64,000 bases of DNA from Fibrobacterales bacterium (GTDB taxonomy: Bacteria > Fibrobacterota > Fibrobacteria > Fibrobacterales > JAOPTW01). Positions 20,748 through 31,276 of the stretch are shown in pieces. Numbering within the stretch: position 1 is the stretch's first letter; the number at the start of each line of letters is the position of its first letter. The notes beneath the pieces were generated by a model that worked only from the letters and a program-made list of their open reading frames with translations, had not been told where the DNA came from and searched no databases. The stretch is taken from the NCBI GenBank assembly GCA_051532055.1, contig JAOPTX010000044.1:34945-98944 (forward strand), in the 5' to 3' direction. The position numbers and the translations under genes are program-made.

Positions 20748-21679
20748 TGTCGGTTCCCCTATTAATTGTTGGTCTTAATCCATCATGGCAGCGTGTGATG
20801 CATGTACCTTCACTCATAATTGGAGAAGTTAATCGAGTGACGTCGGTACAGGAATTCCCATCGGGTAAGGGAATTAACTGTGCTATGGCGGCAAGGACTT
20901 GGGGAGCTCAGGTGACCCTTGCTCATGTTCTCTCAGGTTCTAAAGCAGGTGCAATTACTCAGTTTTTGACAGAAAATGCTATTGGATCTCTCATCTGTAG
21001 TGGTGAGGGAGAGGTTCGATTTTGTCACTCGCTTATAAGCGACGTTGATTCTGTAACTGAAATTATTGAACCTGGGTTAACTGTTACAGAGCAAGATATG
21101 GTAGCATTTGCTGATCAATTAGAAATGGAAGTATCAAGATATGCCTATGTCGCTTTTTGTGGAACCTACCCTCAAGGGACCCCTGACTACCTTTTCGATA
21201 CACTCTTTAAAAAAATGAAGGAGTGTCGAGTAGTTCTTGATGGCGTTAAAAAAGTCGAGCCTATATTAAAACATGGTGTCTGGCTTCTCAAGATAAATAA
21301 GGATGAGTTGTTAGAACTCGTTGCTACTGACGATGTAGTAGTTGGATGGCATAGACTTCAAAAAAAATATACCATAGAACAGATTGTGGTTACCGATGGT
21401 TCACGATCAACATGGTATTGTAATGGGGAAGAATTGCGAGAGTATCAACAGCCTGTACTTGACACTGTTGTGAATCCTATTGGAGCGGGTGATGTTTTCT
21501 TGGGGAGTCTTCTTGCGCAAATTACTGAAGGTGTATCATTACATGATGCAATGGCTGGTTCTCTGGGAGCAGCACAAGTGAAGTGTTCTTATGTTACTCC
21601 GTGGGGGTGGAGTAGGAATGAAGCAATCGAATGGGGCACTGAAATAACATCCCAAATAATGCCATGCTGTGATAAATAA
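20747..21679 (+). CDS. PfkB-family (1-phosphofructokinase-like) sugar kinase
   Basis: LNPS, SGKGIN, KINKDE, VNPIGAGD. Confidence 0.85.
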   Translation: MSVPLLIVGLNPSWQRVMHVPSLIIGEVNRVTSVQEFPSGKGINCAMAARTWGAQVTLAHVLSGSKAGAITQFLTENAIGSLICSGEGEVRFCHSLISDVDSVTEIIEPGLTVTEQDMVAFADQLEMEVSRYAYVAFCGTYPQGTPDYLFDTLFKKMKECRVVLDGVKKVEPILKHGVWLLKINKDELLELVATDDVVVGWHRLQKKYTIEQIVVTDGSRSTWYCNGEELREYQQPVLDTVVNPIGAGDVFLGSLLAQITEGVSLHDAMAGSLGAAQVKCSYVTPWGWSRNEAIEWGTEITSQIMPCCDK

Positions 21680-21710
21680 AAAAGCCCCAACTTAAGTAAG
21701 TTGGGGCTAA
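21678..21710. terminator. Terminator hairpin between convergent genes
   Basis: AGCCCCAACTT-AAGT-AAGTTGGGGCT with A tract on the left, giving a U tail for the minus-strand gene. Confidence 0.8.
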
Positions 21711-21729
21711 AATTTTTAATAGAGTAGTG

Positions 21730-22719
21730 TTACCACTCAGCACTCATATCGGGTTTATTCCCCAAAACTTCATCAATGGCTGTCATTATTTCTTCGGTAA
21801 GACTTTTTTTGATTTCAATAGCTTTCATATTTTCAGTAACCTGTTCAATGCGGCTCGCGCCAGTAATAACTGATGAAACATGAGGATTCTTGAGGCACCA
21901 TGCAAGAGCAAGTTGTGCTGTTGAACAGCCAAGGTCTTGAGCTATCTCGGTGATTTTCTTGATTTTTATAATAACCTCATCACCACTTAAGAAGCCCCCT
22001 TCATTTTGAAACATATCTCGAAGCCAATCAACTTGGGCGAGGCGTGAATCTTTAGGGATGCCATTATTATATTTACCGGTAAGAACACCACTGGCAAGGG
22101 GGCTCCAGATTGTTGTGCCGAGGCCATACTTTGCATAGAGAGGAGCAAACTCTCGTTCTACTTTGTCACGAACAAGCATGTTATATTGAGGCTGCTCCAT
22201 AGTTGGACGCATGAGACCAAGGCGGTCACATATATCAATAGCTTCTTGAATCTCTTTGGCAGTCCATTCTGAGGTTCCCCAATAAAAAGCATATCCTTTC
22301 TCAATACACCAGTTCATAGCTCTCACCGTTTCTTCAATAGGAGTATGAGGGTCTGGGCGATGACAATAGAGGAGGTCTACATAATCGAGGTCAAATCTTT
22401 TAAGAGCATTTTGAGTTCCCTCAATAATATGTTTTCGTGAAAGCCCCTCTTGGTTTGGTTTTTTTCCACCCCAGAAAATTTTTGTAGATATGACCAATTC
22501 ATCTCGATTGAATTCTTTGAGTGCTTCACCCATAACCACTTCGGCTTTACCACCGGCATAGGCTTCGGCGTTGTCAAAAAAGTTGACGCCTGCTTCAAAT
22601 GCAGCATGCATACATTTTTTGGCTTCAGCGATACCGAGCTGATCGTGAAAAGTTACCCATGAGCCAAAGGAGAGTTCACTCACCTGCAAGCCAGATGTTC
22701 CGAGTCGATTATATTGCAT
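21730..22719 (-). CDS. Aldo/keto reductase (Kv-beta-like)
   Basis: FFDNAEAY, ISTKIFWG, YCHRPD, WGTSEW, EQPQYN, WSPLASG. Confidence 0.92.
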   Translation of the reverse strand: MQYNRLGTSGLQVSELSFGSWVTFHDQLGIAEAKKCMHAAFEAGVNFFDNAEAYAGGKAEVVMGEALKEFNRDELVISTKIFWGGKKPNQEGLSRKHIIEGTQNALKRFDLDYVDLLYCHRPDPHTPIEETVRAMNWCIEKGYAFYWGTSEWTAKEIQEAIDICDRLGLMRPTMEQPQYNMLVRDKVEREFAPLYAKYGLGTTIWSPLASGVLTGKYNNGIPKDSRLAQVDWLRDMFQNEGGFLSGDEVIIKIKKITEIAQDLGCSTAQLALAWCLKNPHVSSVITGASRIEQVTENMKAIEIKKSLTEEIMTAIDEVLGNKPDMSAEW

Positions 22720-22737
22720 ATAAATCCTTAGTGGAGG

Positions 22738-23775
22738 TTATTTCGTTAAAGGGGTTACATTGTGTACAAGACCACTGCTGATACTCATCGAGTCATTGGC
22801 GGTGATAATTATTGCTTCGAGAGATTCTATTTTTTCTACCAGTGCTATTGCGGAGTCTACTGGGAGTATAAAGAGGTAAGTCGCCCAGAAATCTGTGGAC
22901 ATTCCACCTTGGCTCACCACAGAGACGCTTTTTTTATCGGTAATAGAATAACCGGTTTTGGGGTTAATAATATGGTGATGTTTAGTATCGGTTGCATCAA
23001 CAAAATATTTTTCGTACCCACCAGATGTTGCCATGCTGTTGAGTTTAGGGTGAGAAAGAGAGAGCGCAGCCTTGAGGCCATCGGGGGAGTTGGGGTCTTG
23101 TATGCCTACAGTCCAAGAACGGTTTTTAGGGTTCTGCCCTTTATAAATAATATCACCACCCACTTCCAGAAGATAGTGTTCAATATTAAAATGGGAGAAA
23201 ATTGATTCTGCAAGATCAAGAGCTTTGCCTTTAGAAAATGAACCGAGGGCAAAGTGTTCGCCAGTACGTTCAATAATCATTGATTGTGTTGCACTGTCTA
23301 ATCGATAAAAGGGAGTGCTCATTTTGTCGACTAAATAGTGTATCGATGAATCACTAGGGAGGTGCGGGGTCATGTTCCAGAGGAGACCATACTCTCTCAG
23401 TAAGTTTCCGATACCCACATTGATTGCACCGTCTGTTTGAGTAAAGGTAGTGAGGCCATAGGCAAAGAGTTCAAAGAGGACCGGGCTCAATGGGATTTGA
23501 GCACCAGAATCAGCATAAAACACCATAGAATCCAGAGAAGAGTTGGCTTGGACCTGTTCGGTAAAGGTTGTAAAGGTTGATACAAGTGAATCATAGACAA
23601 GACTGTCTGTTGATAACGATGTATGATGAGTAAGGTTTATTTGTGTATAGAGATTAGTAAAGTGGTGTTTATGCCACGTATATTCAGAAGGAAGGGGGCG
23701 TTGCGATCTGAAATAGTACTGCATTCCAATTATAGTGAGGAGGGCAATCCCAAGAATAGTGATTTTTTTGATCAT
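22738..23775 (-). CDS. apbE: FAD:protein FMN transferase (ApbE family)
   Basis: LGSFSKG, EVGGD, WTVGIQDP, ATSGGYE, HHIINPKTG. Confidence 0.85.
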   Translation of the reverse strand: MIKKITILGIALLTIIGMQYYFRSQRPLPSEYTWHKHHFTNLYTQINLTHHTSLSTDSLVYDSLVSTFTTFTEQVQANSSLDSMVFYADSGAQIPLSPVLFELFAYGLTTFTQTDGAINVGIGNLLREYGLLWNMTPHLPSDSSIHYLVDKMSTPFYRLDSATQSMIIERTGEHFALGSFSKGKALDLAESIFSHFNIEHYLLEVGGDIIYKGQNPKNRSWTVGIQDPNSPDGLKAALSLSHPKLNSMATSGGYEKYFVDATDTKHHHIINPKTGYSITDKKSVSVVSQGGMSTDFWATYLFILPVDSAIALVEKIESLEAIIITANDSMSISSGLVHNVTPLTK

Positions 23776-23973
23776 AAGAGGTGGTGGCTCGTTGTTTCAA
23801 TAAAGTATAGTAATTATGCTCACTGTTGGGCTGTTCAGAGCATAGAATGAGTATCCGTTTTACAATAGCGGTTTATTTTTAGAGATACCTATAACCGGTA
23901 TTCAAAGATTCTGTAATTTACATCGGCTCTCGATTAAGCTATTTTAATCATAATTATATTAGACGGTACACCA

Positions 23974-24693
23974 ATGTATCACAGTTTTCAATTTTCGCCT
24001 ACAGAAGAGGAAGAAGAACTCATTCTTAAGGGGACGCTACTCAATGATTGGCTTAATAAGCTTGATCCTGAAATGATTGTTCAGGGCCTTAATTTTCAAT
24101 CGGCAGATTTTATCCAAAAAAAAGACGCTAAGCATTTACTCTTTTTGAAGCTTGATTGTGATGCGGTCGATGAGCAAGGCAGAAGAATTAATGGTATTGT
24201 GATGCTTCGCGGTGGGGCTGTCGGTTGTTTCATTGTTTTACATTGTGACGATGAAAAATATGTACTGTATGTTGAGCAGTCTCGGATCGGCATTGGAATG
24301 CGTCGTTGTCCTGAAATTCCAGCAGGTATGCTCGATCATAGCAGTGATTATGAGACTGTAATGCGTACTGAGCTTGAAGAAGAGGCCGCCCTTAAAACGG
24401 AGCCGGGAGAACTTATTGACTTGACCAAAGAGGTGCTTAAGATGGAGTCAAATGGCATCTATTGTTCTGTGGGGGGGATGGATGAGTTCTTACGAATTTT
24501 TCTTTTAGAGCGCACAGTAGATCGAGCATTTATTAATGAATATCATAATAAGCATCGCATTCATGATGATGAAGATGAAGTGATACAGATAAAAATTGCA
24601 CCGTATATCGAAGCGCGGAGAACGCTGGCTATTGATGCAAAAAATATTTGTGCATTTTACCTGTATGAAGAGTGGAGCAAGCGTCATGACTAG
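23974..24693 (+). CDS. Nudix-fold hydrolase (ADP-sugar pyrophosphatase-like)
   Basis: RGGAV, EQSR, EIPAGMLD...ELEEEA, S.GGMDE, DAK. Confidence 0.75.
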   Translation: MYHSFQFSPTEEEEELILKGTLLNDWLNKLDPEMIVQGLNFQSADFIQKKDAKHLLFLKLDCDAVDEQGRRINGIVMLRGGAVGCFIVLHCDDEKYVLYVEQSRIGIGMRRCPEIPAGMLDHSSDYETVMRTELEEEAALKTEPGELIDLTKEVLKMESNGIYCSVGGMDEFLRIFLLERTVDRAFINEYHNKHRIHDDEDEVIQIKIAPYIEARRTLAIDAKNICAFYLYEEWSKRHD

Positions 24694-26584
24694 TTCAGCA
24701 TTAAAAATAGCCATTGGACAAATTGAAGTGGAACCAGGGCGCCCTGACCTTAATTTTATAACGATAGAGAAGAGTGTTGCAGAGGCCGTTGCTAAAAGTG
24801 CAGATATTATTGTCTTTCCAGAGTTTTGCCTTTCGGGGTATCTTATTGGTGACCTTTGGGAAGAGCGTTCCTTTGTTCAGGATTGTTTAACTTATGGCGA
24901 TATGGTTCGTCGGCTTTCTCGTGAAATCTGCATTGTATTTGGTAATGTTGCGGTAGATGAAATAGCTCTTGGGACCGACGGCAGGCGGATGAAATACAAT
25001 GGACTCTATGTTGCTTATCAGCGAAAGTTTGTTCGATCAGAAAAGCTTGACCTTAAATTCCAACCCAAAACGTTGTTACCCAATTATCGGGAGTTTGAAG
25101 AGAATCGACATTTTTCTGACCTCCAAGTACTTGCCCACACTCGCGGTACGACTGTAGCAGATCTTCTTGAACCATTTGTCGTTCCCTTTGAGGAAGCGCC
25201 TGTGCGCCTTGGTTGTATGCTTTGTGAAGATGGATGGGGCGATGACTATAGTCTTAACCTTGTTGATATACTTGCACAGAAAGGAGTTGATATACTCCTT
25301 AACCTGAGTAGCTCTCCTTTTACCCTTGGTAAAAGTGATAAACGTGATCGTGTGTTTGCTGCACACGCTAAACGATCTGAAGTTCCTCTACTGTATGTCA
25401 ATAATACTGGTATTCAGAATAATGCCAAAACAATATACTCCTTTGACGGACAAAGTACTCTCTATGATTCAGAGGGGGGGACTGTTGTAAAGCTCCCCGC
25501 GTATCTTTCAACGGTATTTACTTGTTCTTTGAATATGACTGAATCCTATTTGAAAATTGATCAAAAAGATGATGAGATACGGAGTGCAGAAATTGCACAA
25601 TCGCTTCTCTACTCTGCTGAAAAATACATGAAGCAATGCGGATTAAAAAGAGTAGTCATAGGAGTTTCAGGTGGGATCGATTCTGCTGTAGCTGCAGCTC
25701 TGTATGGGCTGATTGTAGATTCTCACGACCTTCTTTTGGTTAATATGCCCAGTCAGTATAACTCTCAAACTACAAAAAACCTAGCGCGGGAGCTTGCAGA
25801 AAATATCGGCTGTTTTTATACTGATATTTCTATTGAGTCCTCAGTTGCGTTAACAGAAAAACAAATTAATACTCTAACCCTTCATGCACCTGATGGAGCA
25901 TCAGAAGTTCTTTCTCTCTCTGATTTTCATCTCGAAAATGTACAAGCACGTGATCGATCTTCCCGTATATTGGCAGCACTCTCATCTGCTTTTGGTGGGG
26001 TGTTTACCTGTAATGCTAATAAGGCCGAGACAACAGTTGGGTATTCTACTCTCTATGGCGATCATGGTGGTTTTCTTGCACTTATCGCTGACCTTTGGAA
26101 AGAGCAAGTGTATGATTTGGGACGCTATTTAAATAATGAAAAATGGGGACGAGCGATTATTCCCGAAGGTACCTTTACTATTGTTCCTTCTGCAGAATTG
26201 AGTGACACTCAAGATGTTGATGCGGATAAAGGGGACCCAATGGTTTACTGGTATCACGACAGGCTTTTTCATTCCTGGATGCAACGATGGAATCGAGTGA
26301 CACCTGAAGAGGTTCTCCAGTGGTACCACAAGGGAACACTGAATGATGAACTCAACCTTCCTTATGATATTAAGTCGATTTTCCCTGAGGTTGCAGGTTT
26401 TGTAGATGATCTTGAGCGGTGGTGGAATTTATATAAAGGAATGGGCGTTGCAAAGCGAGTACAAGCGCCACCTGTTGTCGCGGTATCTCGACGTGCATTT
26501 GGGTTTGATTATCGAGAATCACTTATGAAGCCCTATTACACAATGACATATAAAAAGTTAAAAAGTAGACTTGGACTGGTGTAA
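24686..26584 (+). CDS. nadE: Glutamine-dependent NAD+ synthetase
   Basis: Nitrilase domain (FPE, K.LLPNY..F.E.RHF, CED) plus SGGIDS, ENVQAR, GYSTLYGD, PSAEL. Start at 24686 overlaps the Nudix stop. Confidence 0.93.
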   Translation: MTSSALKIAIGQIEVEPGRPDLNFITIEKSVAEAVAKSADIIVFPEFCLSGYLIGDLWEERSFVQDCLTYGDMVRRLSREICIVFGNVAVDEIALGTDGRRMKYNGLYVAYQRKFVRSEKLDLKFQPKTLLPNYREFEENRHFSDLQVLAHTRGTTVADLLEPFVVPFEEAPVRLGCMLCEDGWGDDYSLNLVDILAQKGVDILLNLSSSPFTLGKSDKRDRVFAAHAKRSEVPLLYVNNTGIQNNAKTIYSFDGQSTLYDSEGGTVVKLPAYLSTVFTCSLNMTESYLKIDQKDDEIRSAEIAQSLLYSAEKYMKQCGLKRVVIGVSGGIDSAVAAALYGLIVDSHDLLLVNMPSQYNSQTTKNLARELAENIGCFYTDISIESSVALTEKQINTLTLHAPDGASEVLSLSDFHLENVQARDRSSRILAALSSAFGGVFTCNANKAETTVGYSTLYGDHGGFLALIADLWKEQVYDLGRYLNNEKWGRAIIPEGTFTIVPSAELSDTQDVDADKGDPMVYWYHDRLFHSWMQRWNRVTPEEVLQWYHKGTLNDELNLPYDIKSIFPEVAGFVDDLERWWNLYKGMGVAKRVQAPPVVAVSRRAFGFDYRESLMKPYYTMTYKKLKSRLGLV

Positions 26585-26586
26585 GA

Positions 26587-26970
26587 TTATTTTTGCAGGT
26601 TATTAATTTCGATAACCTTTTCAATTTTTTCTTCAATTACTTTGGGCTCAAATGGTTTAACTACATAACTTGAAGCACCTGCTTGAATCGCTTCCATAAT
26701 CTTATCTTTTGAAGATTCAGAAGTAACCATGATTACTGGTATATGCTTGAATGAATCGGCTGACTTGATTGCTTTGAGGGCGGTAATACCATCCATATTA
26801 GGCATATTCCAATCCATCAGTACCAGACTTACATCTGAGTGCTGTCCGAGCATATCGAGGCACAATTGTCCATCACCTGCTTCAACAATATTATCGTAAC
26901 CAATTCGACCTAGGGTATTTTTTTGGATTCTTCTCATAGTAGAGGAATCATCAACAAGCATAATTTTCAT
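26587..26970 (-). CDS. CheY-like single-domain response regulator
   Basis: VDD, MDWNMP, MVT, YVVKPF; all receiver residues present. Confidence 0.9.
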   Translation of the reverse strand: MKIMLVDDSSTMRRIQKNTLGRIGYDNIVEAGDGQLCLDMLGQHSDVSLVLMDWNMPNMDGITALKAIKSADSFKHIPVIMVTSESSKDKIMEAIQAGASSYVVKPFEPKVIEEKIEKVIEINNLQK

Positions 26971-27190
26971 AATCGTTCACTAGTAAATAGCATCGTTAAA
27001 CAGTACCACACTAATCTTAAAAAAGGTATAACAAAATGGAAGATTATATAATTATGAAAACATCAGAACATTACTTTTTGATTGAGCTCTTTTCAATTAC
27101 CCAATAGAATAATGGGTTTAAACGAGCTAATATGAGTACTTTTTAGGTAATTTTGATGATTCAGTTATTTGTTAGTATTTGTTGGTGGCC

Positions 27191-27574
27191 TTATGTCGGG
27201 ACCATGGAAGTACTTAAAATGGACTTAATTTTATTGATATAGTCTTTGGCATTAAAAGGCACCATAATATACCCGTTCACGCCAGCTTGAATCGCTTCCA
27301 TCACTTTAAAACGGTCTTTTTGACTTGTTACCATAACAACGGGTGTATTTTGGTGAAGTGGATTTGACTTTATTGATTTTAAGGCAGAGAGCCCACTCAT
27401 TGTAGGCATTTCCCAGTCGAGTAATACCAGACCAATCGTTGGATCTTCATCGAGCTTTTGTAGTGCCTCAGCACCATTGCGGGCCTCGACTATTTCGCTA
27501 CATCCCATACTGTTGAGTGTATTTTTTTGCATTTTACGCATGATGAACGTATCGTCTACTAAAAGTATTCTCAT
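27191..27574 (-). CDS. CheY-like response regulator paralogue lacking the conserved Lys
   Basis: VDD, LDWEMP, MVT, but YIMVPF in place of YxxKPF. Confidence 0.85.
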   Translation of the reverse strand: MRILLVDDTFIMRKMQKNTLNSMGCSEIVEARNGAEALQKLDEDPTIGLVLLDWEMPTMSGLSALKSIKSNPLHQNTPVVMVTSQKDRFKVMEAIQAGVNGYIMVPFNAKDYINKIKSILSTSMVPT

Positions 27575-27826
27575 AAATTCTCACAGCTTATTTGTATTCG
27601 TGTTTCTAAAAGATATCCTAATTGGATACAGCTAGTTTACAAAAGTTTACAATTGTGGCTTGATACCATACAATGGGGGTCAAATTTATTCTTTTGTACA
27701 AAAAACCCAACTTTTAGAATAGTGAATAAAGACAAAATGCTCAAATTTAGCAATGAAAGGGAGGGGACAAATCTCTCTAATTTACGTATTATTGTGGCAT
27801 AATAATTTATTAGATGTGAGGACATT

Positions 27827-29488
27827 GTGAGTGTATTGACCGAGAGTAAAGAGTGGGAAACCCTCGTTGACCATTATAATGAAACCCTTGACTGGCACAT
27901 GCGTGATATGTTTGCTGCTGATAGTGACCGTGCAGAAAAATTTTCAAAAGAAGCGTGCGGAATTTTTCTTGATTATTCAAAGAATATCATTTCTGAGGAT
28001 ACTGTTAAGGGTCTGATAGATCTTTTAAAATCAAGTAAATATGAAGAACTTAAAGAGCAGATGTTTTCTGGTGGTATCGTTAATACTACAGAAAAACGTT
28101 CTGTACTCCACGTTGCACTTCGTAATTGTTCAAATTCACCTATTGAGGTTGACGGCGCAGATGTAATGCCTGGAATAAATGATGTCCTTGCAAAAATCGA
28201 AGCATTTACCAATAAGGTAAATAGCGGTGAGTGGAAAGGCCACACTGGAAAAGAGATTAAAACAATAGTAAATATTGGTATTGGTGGTTCTGACCTCGGT
28301 CCCGTAATGGTCTACGAAGCACTCAAGTCTTTTAAACCTGAAAATACTCCTGAAGTACTCTTTGTATCAAATGTAGATGGAACACACATCGCAGAGACAC
28401 TTAAAAAAGTGAATATCGAAGAGACGCTTTTTCTTGTTGCTTCAAAAACATTTACGACTCAAGAAACAATGACCAATGCACAGTCAGCAAAAGATGCGGT
28501 ACTTGCAGCATTTGATGGTGATGAGACTTCAGTTGCGAAACACTTTGCGGCTCTTTCAACTAATGCTGAAGCAGTTTCAAAATTTGGTATTGATACTAAA
28601 AATATGTTTGAATTCTGGAACTGGGTTGGTGGTCGTTATTCCCTCTCATCAGCAATTGGTACTCCTCTTGCACTGGGACTTGGTTGGGATAACTTTGCAC
28701 AACTTCTCGAGGGTATGCACGAAATGGATAACCATTTCAAAACTGCGGCACCTGAAGAAAACCTTCCGGTAATTCTTGCACTTCTTGGTATTTGGTATAA
28801 TAACTTTTATGGCGCAGAGTCATATACGATTCTTCCTTATGATCAATACATGCACCGTTTTGCAGCATACTTCCAACAGGCAGATATGGAGTCAAATGGC
28901 AAATCAGTAGATCGTGAATCAAATGTTGTTGATTATGAAACAGGGCCTATTCTTTGGGGCGAACCTGGTACTAATGGGCAACACGCCTTTTATCAGTTGA
29001 TCCACCAAGGTACAAAATTGATTCCTTGTGATTTTATTGCTCCTGCAAATTCGCAAAACCCTATTGGTGATCATCATCGTAAACTACTGGCAAACTTTTT
29101 TGCACAGCCTGAAGCGCTTATGAATGGTAAAACGTACGAAGAAGCTGCAACTGAGTTAAAAGCTTCGGGTATGAGTGCAGAAGAGATCGAATTTCTTGCA
29201 CCACATAAAGTATTCGAAGGCAATCGTCCTTCTAACGCACTTATGTTCAAAGAGCTCGATCCAAAAACTCTGGGTAGTTTGATAGCAATGTATGAACATA
29301 AAATCTTTGTTCAAGGCGCTGTGTGGAATGTTAACTCATACGACCAATGGGGCGTTGAGCTTGGTAAACAACTTGCAAAAGTTATTCTTCCTGAGCTTGA
29401 AGCGGGAGATGCCGATGCAGATGTTGCACTTAGTCATGATAGCTCGACTAACGGTCTTATTCGTTACTATTTAAAAAACAAAAAATAG
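27827..29488 (+). CDS. pgi: Glucose-6-phosphate isomerase
   Basis: [51 protein letters not shown]. Confidence 0.98.
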   Translation: MSVLTESKEWETLVDHYNETLDWHMRDMFAADSDRAEKFSKEACGIFLDYSKNIISEDTVKGLIDLLKSSKYEELKEQMFSGGIVNTTEKRSVLHVALRNCSNSPIEVDGADVMPGINDVLAKIEAFTNKVNSGEWKGHTGKEIKTIVNIGIGGSDLGPVMVYEALKSFKPENTPEVLFVSNVDGTHIAETLKKVNIEETLFLVASKTFTTQETMTNAQSAKDAVLAAFDGDETSVAKHFAALSTNAEAVSKFGIDTKNMFEFWNWVGGRYSLSSAIGTPLALGLGWDNFAQLLEGMHEMDNHFKTAAPEENLPVILALLGIWYNNFYGAESYTILPYDQYMHRFAAYFQQADMESNGKSVDRESNVVDYETGPILWGEPGTNGQHAFYQLIHQGTKLIPCDFIAPANSQNPIGDHHRKLLANFFAQPEALMNGKTYEEAATELKASGMSAEEIEFLAPHKVFEGNRPSNALMFKELDPKTLGSLIAMYEHKIFVQGAVWNVNSYDQWGVELGKQLAKVILPELEAGDADADVALSHDSSTNGLIRYYLKNKK

Positions 29489-29517
29489 ATTTCAGATCAA
29501 TCTGATTTTGAAATAAT

Positions 29518-29554
29518 AAAAAAGCCACACTTCAATTTGACGTGTGGCTTTTTT
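29518..29554. terminator. Bidirectional intrinsic terminator
   Basis: AAAAAAGCCACAC...GTGTGGCTTTTTT between convergent pgi and the ankyrin gene. Confidence 0.85.
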
Positions 29555-29579
29555 GATTTTCTAATGGAATGATAAGTGC

Positions 29580-31082
29580 CTATTTACTATTGATTGGCGA
29601 ATTATCCGCGCCTGCTTCTATAAGTAAACGGGTAATATCTGGTTGGAGTGTTTTTTCTGCTAAAGTTACCGCATTCATCTTCTCATTATCACAGTGGTTG
29701 AGGTCAACCCCTTTTTCAATCAGGAGTTTAACAGCGGTAATTTGTTTATGGTATACCGCATAGAGGAGTGCTGAAATTCCTTTTTCATTTGCATGGTTTA
29801 GATCACCATTATTTTCAATAATGAATTTGACAACATGAATGTGCCCTTTTTCAACAGCTCTCATAAGGGGGGTACTCCCATCTTTGGCAATCTCATTTAA
29901 TGATAGACCTTTTTCAAAAAAGAACGTGACCACTTCGAGGTGGCCACAATAGGCGGCCCAACTCAGAGCATTGCCATTGAATTTTTCTTGTGCCGTAAGA
30001 ATTGCCCCTTTTTCAAAAAGAAGCTTAACAATATCGAGATCACCTTTCATGGCAGCCCAAATGATTGCAGAGCCACCGTTTGCATCGACTGCATTAATAT
30101 CGGCGCCACTATTAAGAACTTTTTTGACCACATCAATTTGTTGACCCTGTACGGCCCACATAAGAGTGGAGCGTTGTTTGTCATCACAAAGTGTTGGATC
30201 AGCTCCTTTTGATATGAGGAGATCTGCTGTGGTAAGGTGTCCAGCGCTGCAAGCGCGCATAAGAGCAGTGACTCTATCATGAGAGGTGAGGGTTAGATCT
30301 GCATTTGATTCAAGGAGTATTTTTATAATAGCGTTGTGCCCATGATATGACGCGAGCATTAGGGTTGTATTTCCTGATTTTTCTTGAAGATTCACTGTTG
30401 CACCGTGAGAAAGTAATTCTGTAACGAGTCCTGTGTTGCCATCTTTAGAAGCGAGCATTAAGGGTGTGATACCATCATTATTGGCTCGATTGCAATCAGC
30501 ATCCTGATCCAGTAAGTAACGTACGGTATCATTCTTCTTCTGAATGATTGCAAGGGCGAGTGCAGTCCAACCTGAGGCCTCTTGTTCGTCAATTCCTGCT
30601 CCTTGATCAACGAGGTAGCGTACCGTATCACTGTTCTCTCTGTAGAGTGCACGCATGAGCGGGGTAAACCCTTTTGCATCCTTTTGATTGAGTTCTTGTC
30701 CATTGTCTAAACAAAATTGAACAGTCTCGGTACTGCCTCCATAGGCGGCCCAGGTGAGTACAGAACCACCAGATGCTTCAGTAGCAGTAATGTCGGCGCC
30801 ATTGGCAAGGAGTTTTAAAAATATGTCATGATTACCGGTGCGTGCAGCCCAGAGAAGTGGTGTTGCTCCTTTTGCGTCGCTGGCATTTATATCGGCTCCA
30901 TGAATAATGAGAAGCTCAACAACCTCAAGATTATTGGAGCTAACTGCCCAAATGAGTGGTGTCCGTTGCTCATGATCGACTTCATTAACACAATCATTTT
31001 GATCAAGAATTGTTTTAATAGTCTCTATCTTGTTTTCTGATATGGCTTTATGGATATCTGGAATAGAAATAGTTGTTTTCAT
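29580..31082 (-). CDS. Ankyrin repeat protein (~14 repeats)
   Basis: Tandem 33-aa G.TPL..A...G....V..LL..GAD.N units over nearly the whole length. Confidence 0.93.
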   Translation of the reverse strand: MKTTISIPDIHKAISENKIETIKTILDQNDCVNEVDHEQRTPLIWAVSSNNLEVVELLIIHGADINASDAKGATPLLWAARTGNHDIFLKLLANGADITATEASGGSVLTWAAYGGSTETVQFCLDNGQELNQKDAKGFTPLMRALYRENSDTVRYLVDQGAGIDEQEASGWTALALAIIQKKNDTVRYLLDQDADCNRANNDGITPLMLASKDGNTGLVTELLSHGATVNLQEKSGNTTLMLASYHGHNAIIKILLESNADLTLTSHDRVTALMRACSAGHLTTADLLISKGADPTLCDDKQRSTLMWAVQGQQIDVVKKVLNSGADINAVDANGGSAIIWAAMKGDLDIVKLLFEKGAILTAQEKFNGNALSWAAYCGHLEVVTFFFEKGLSLNEIAKDGSTPLMRAVEKGHIHVVKFIIENNGDLNHANEKGISALLYAVYHKQITAVKLLIEKGVDLNHCDNEKMNAVTLAEKTLQPDITRLLIEAGADNSPINSK

Positions 31083-31276
31083 AGGGCGGCTTTATTGGGG
31101 CTAATCTTTGTTGTAATGTAATATAGCATTAATCGGTAGTTTGGGTTTTGTCAATTGAGTAATTAAGAATGAATCAAGCGTAAAATCGAAATTGTAATTG
31201 AATCATTTAGAAAGCTTAAAATCTCCTTACATGGAAAACCAAATATATTACTATTGCACTATACCTTCCAACTCAG

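Noticed and set aside
24596..24685. Longer nadE start in the track
   Set aside because: Overlaps the Nudix gene by about 100 bp; ATG 24686 with a GGAG RBS fits better.
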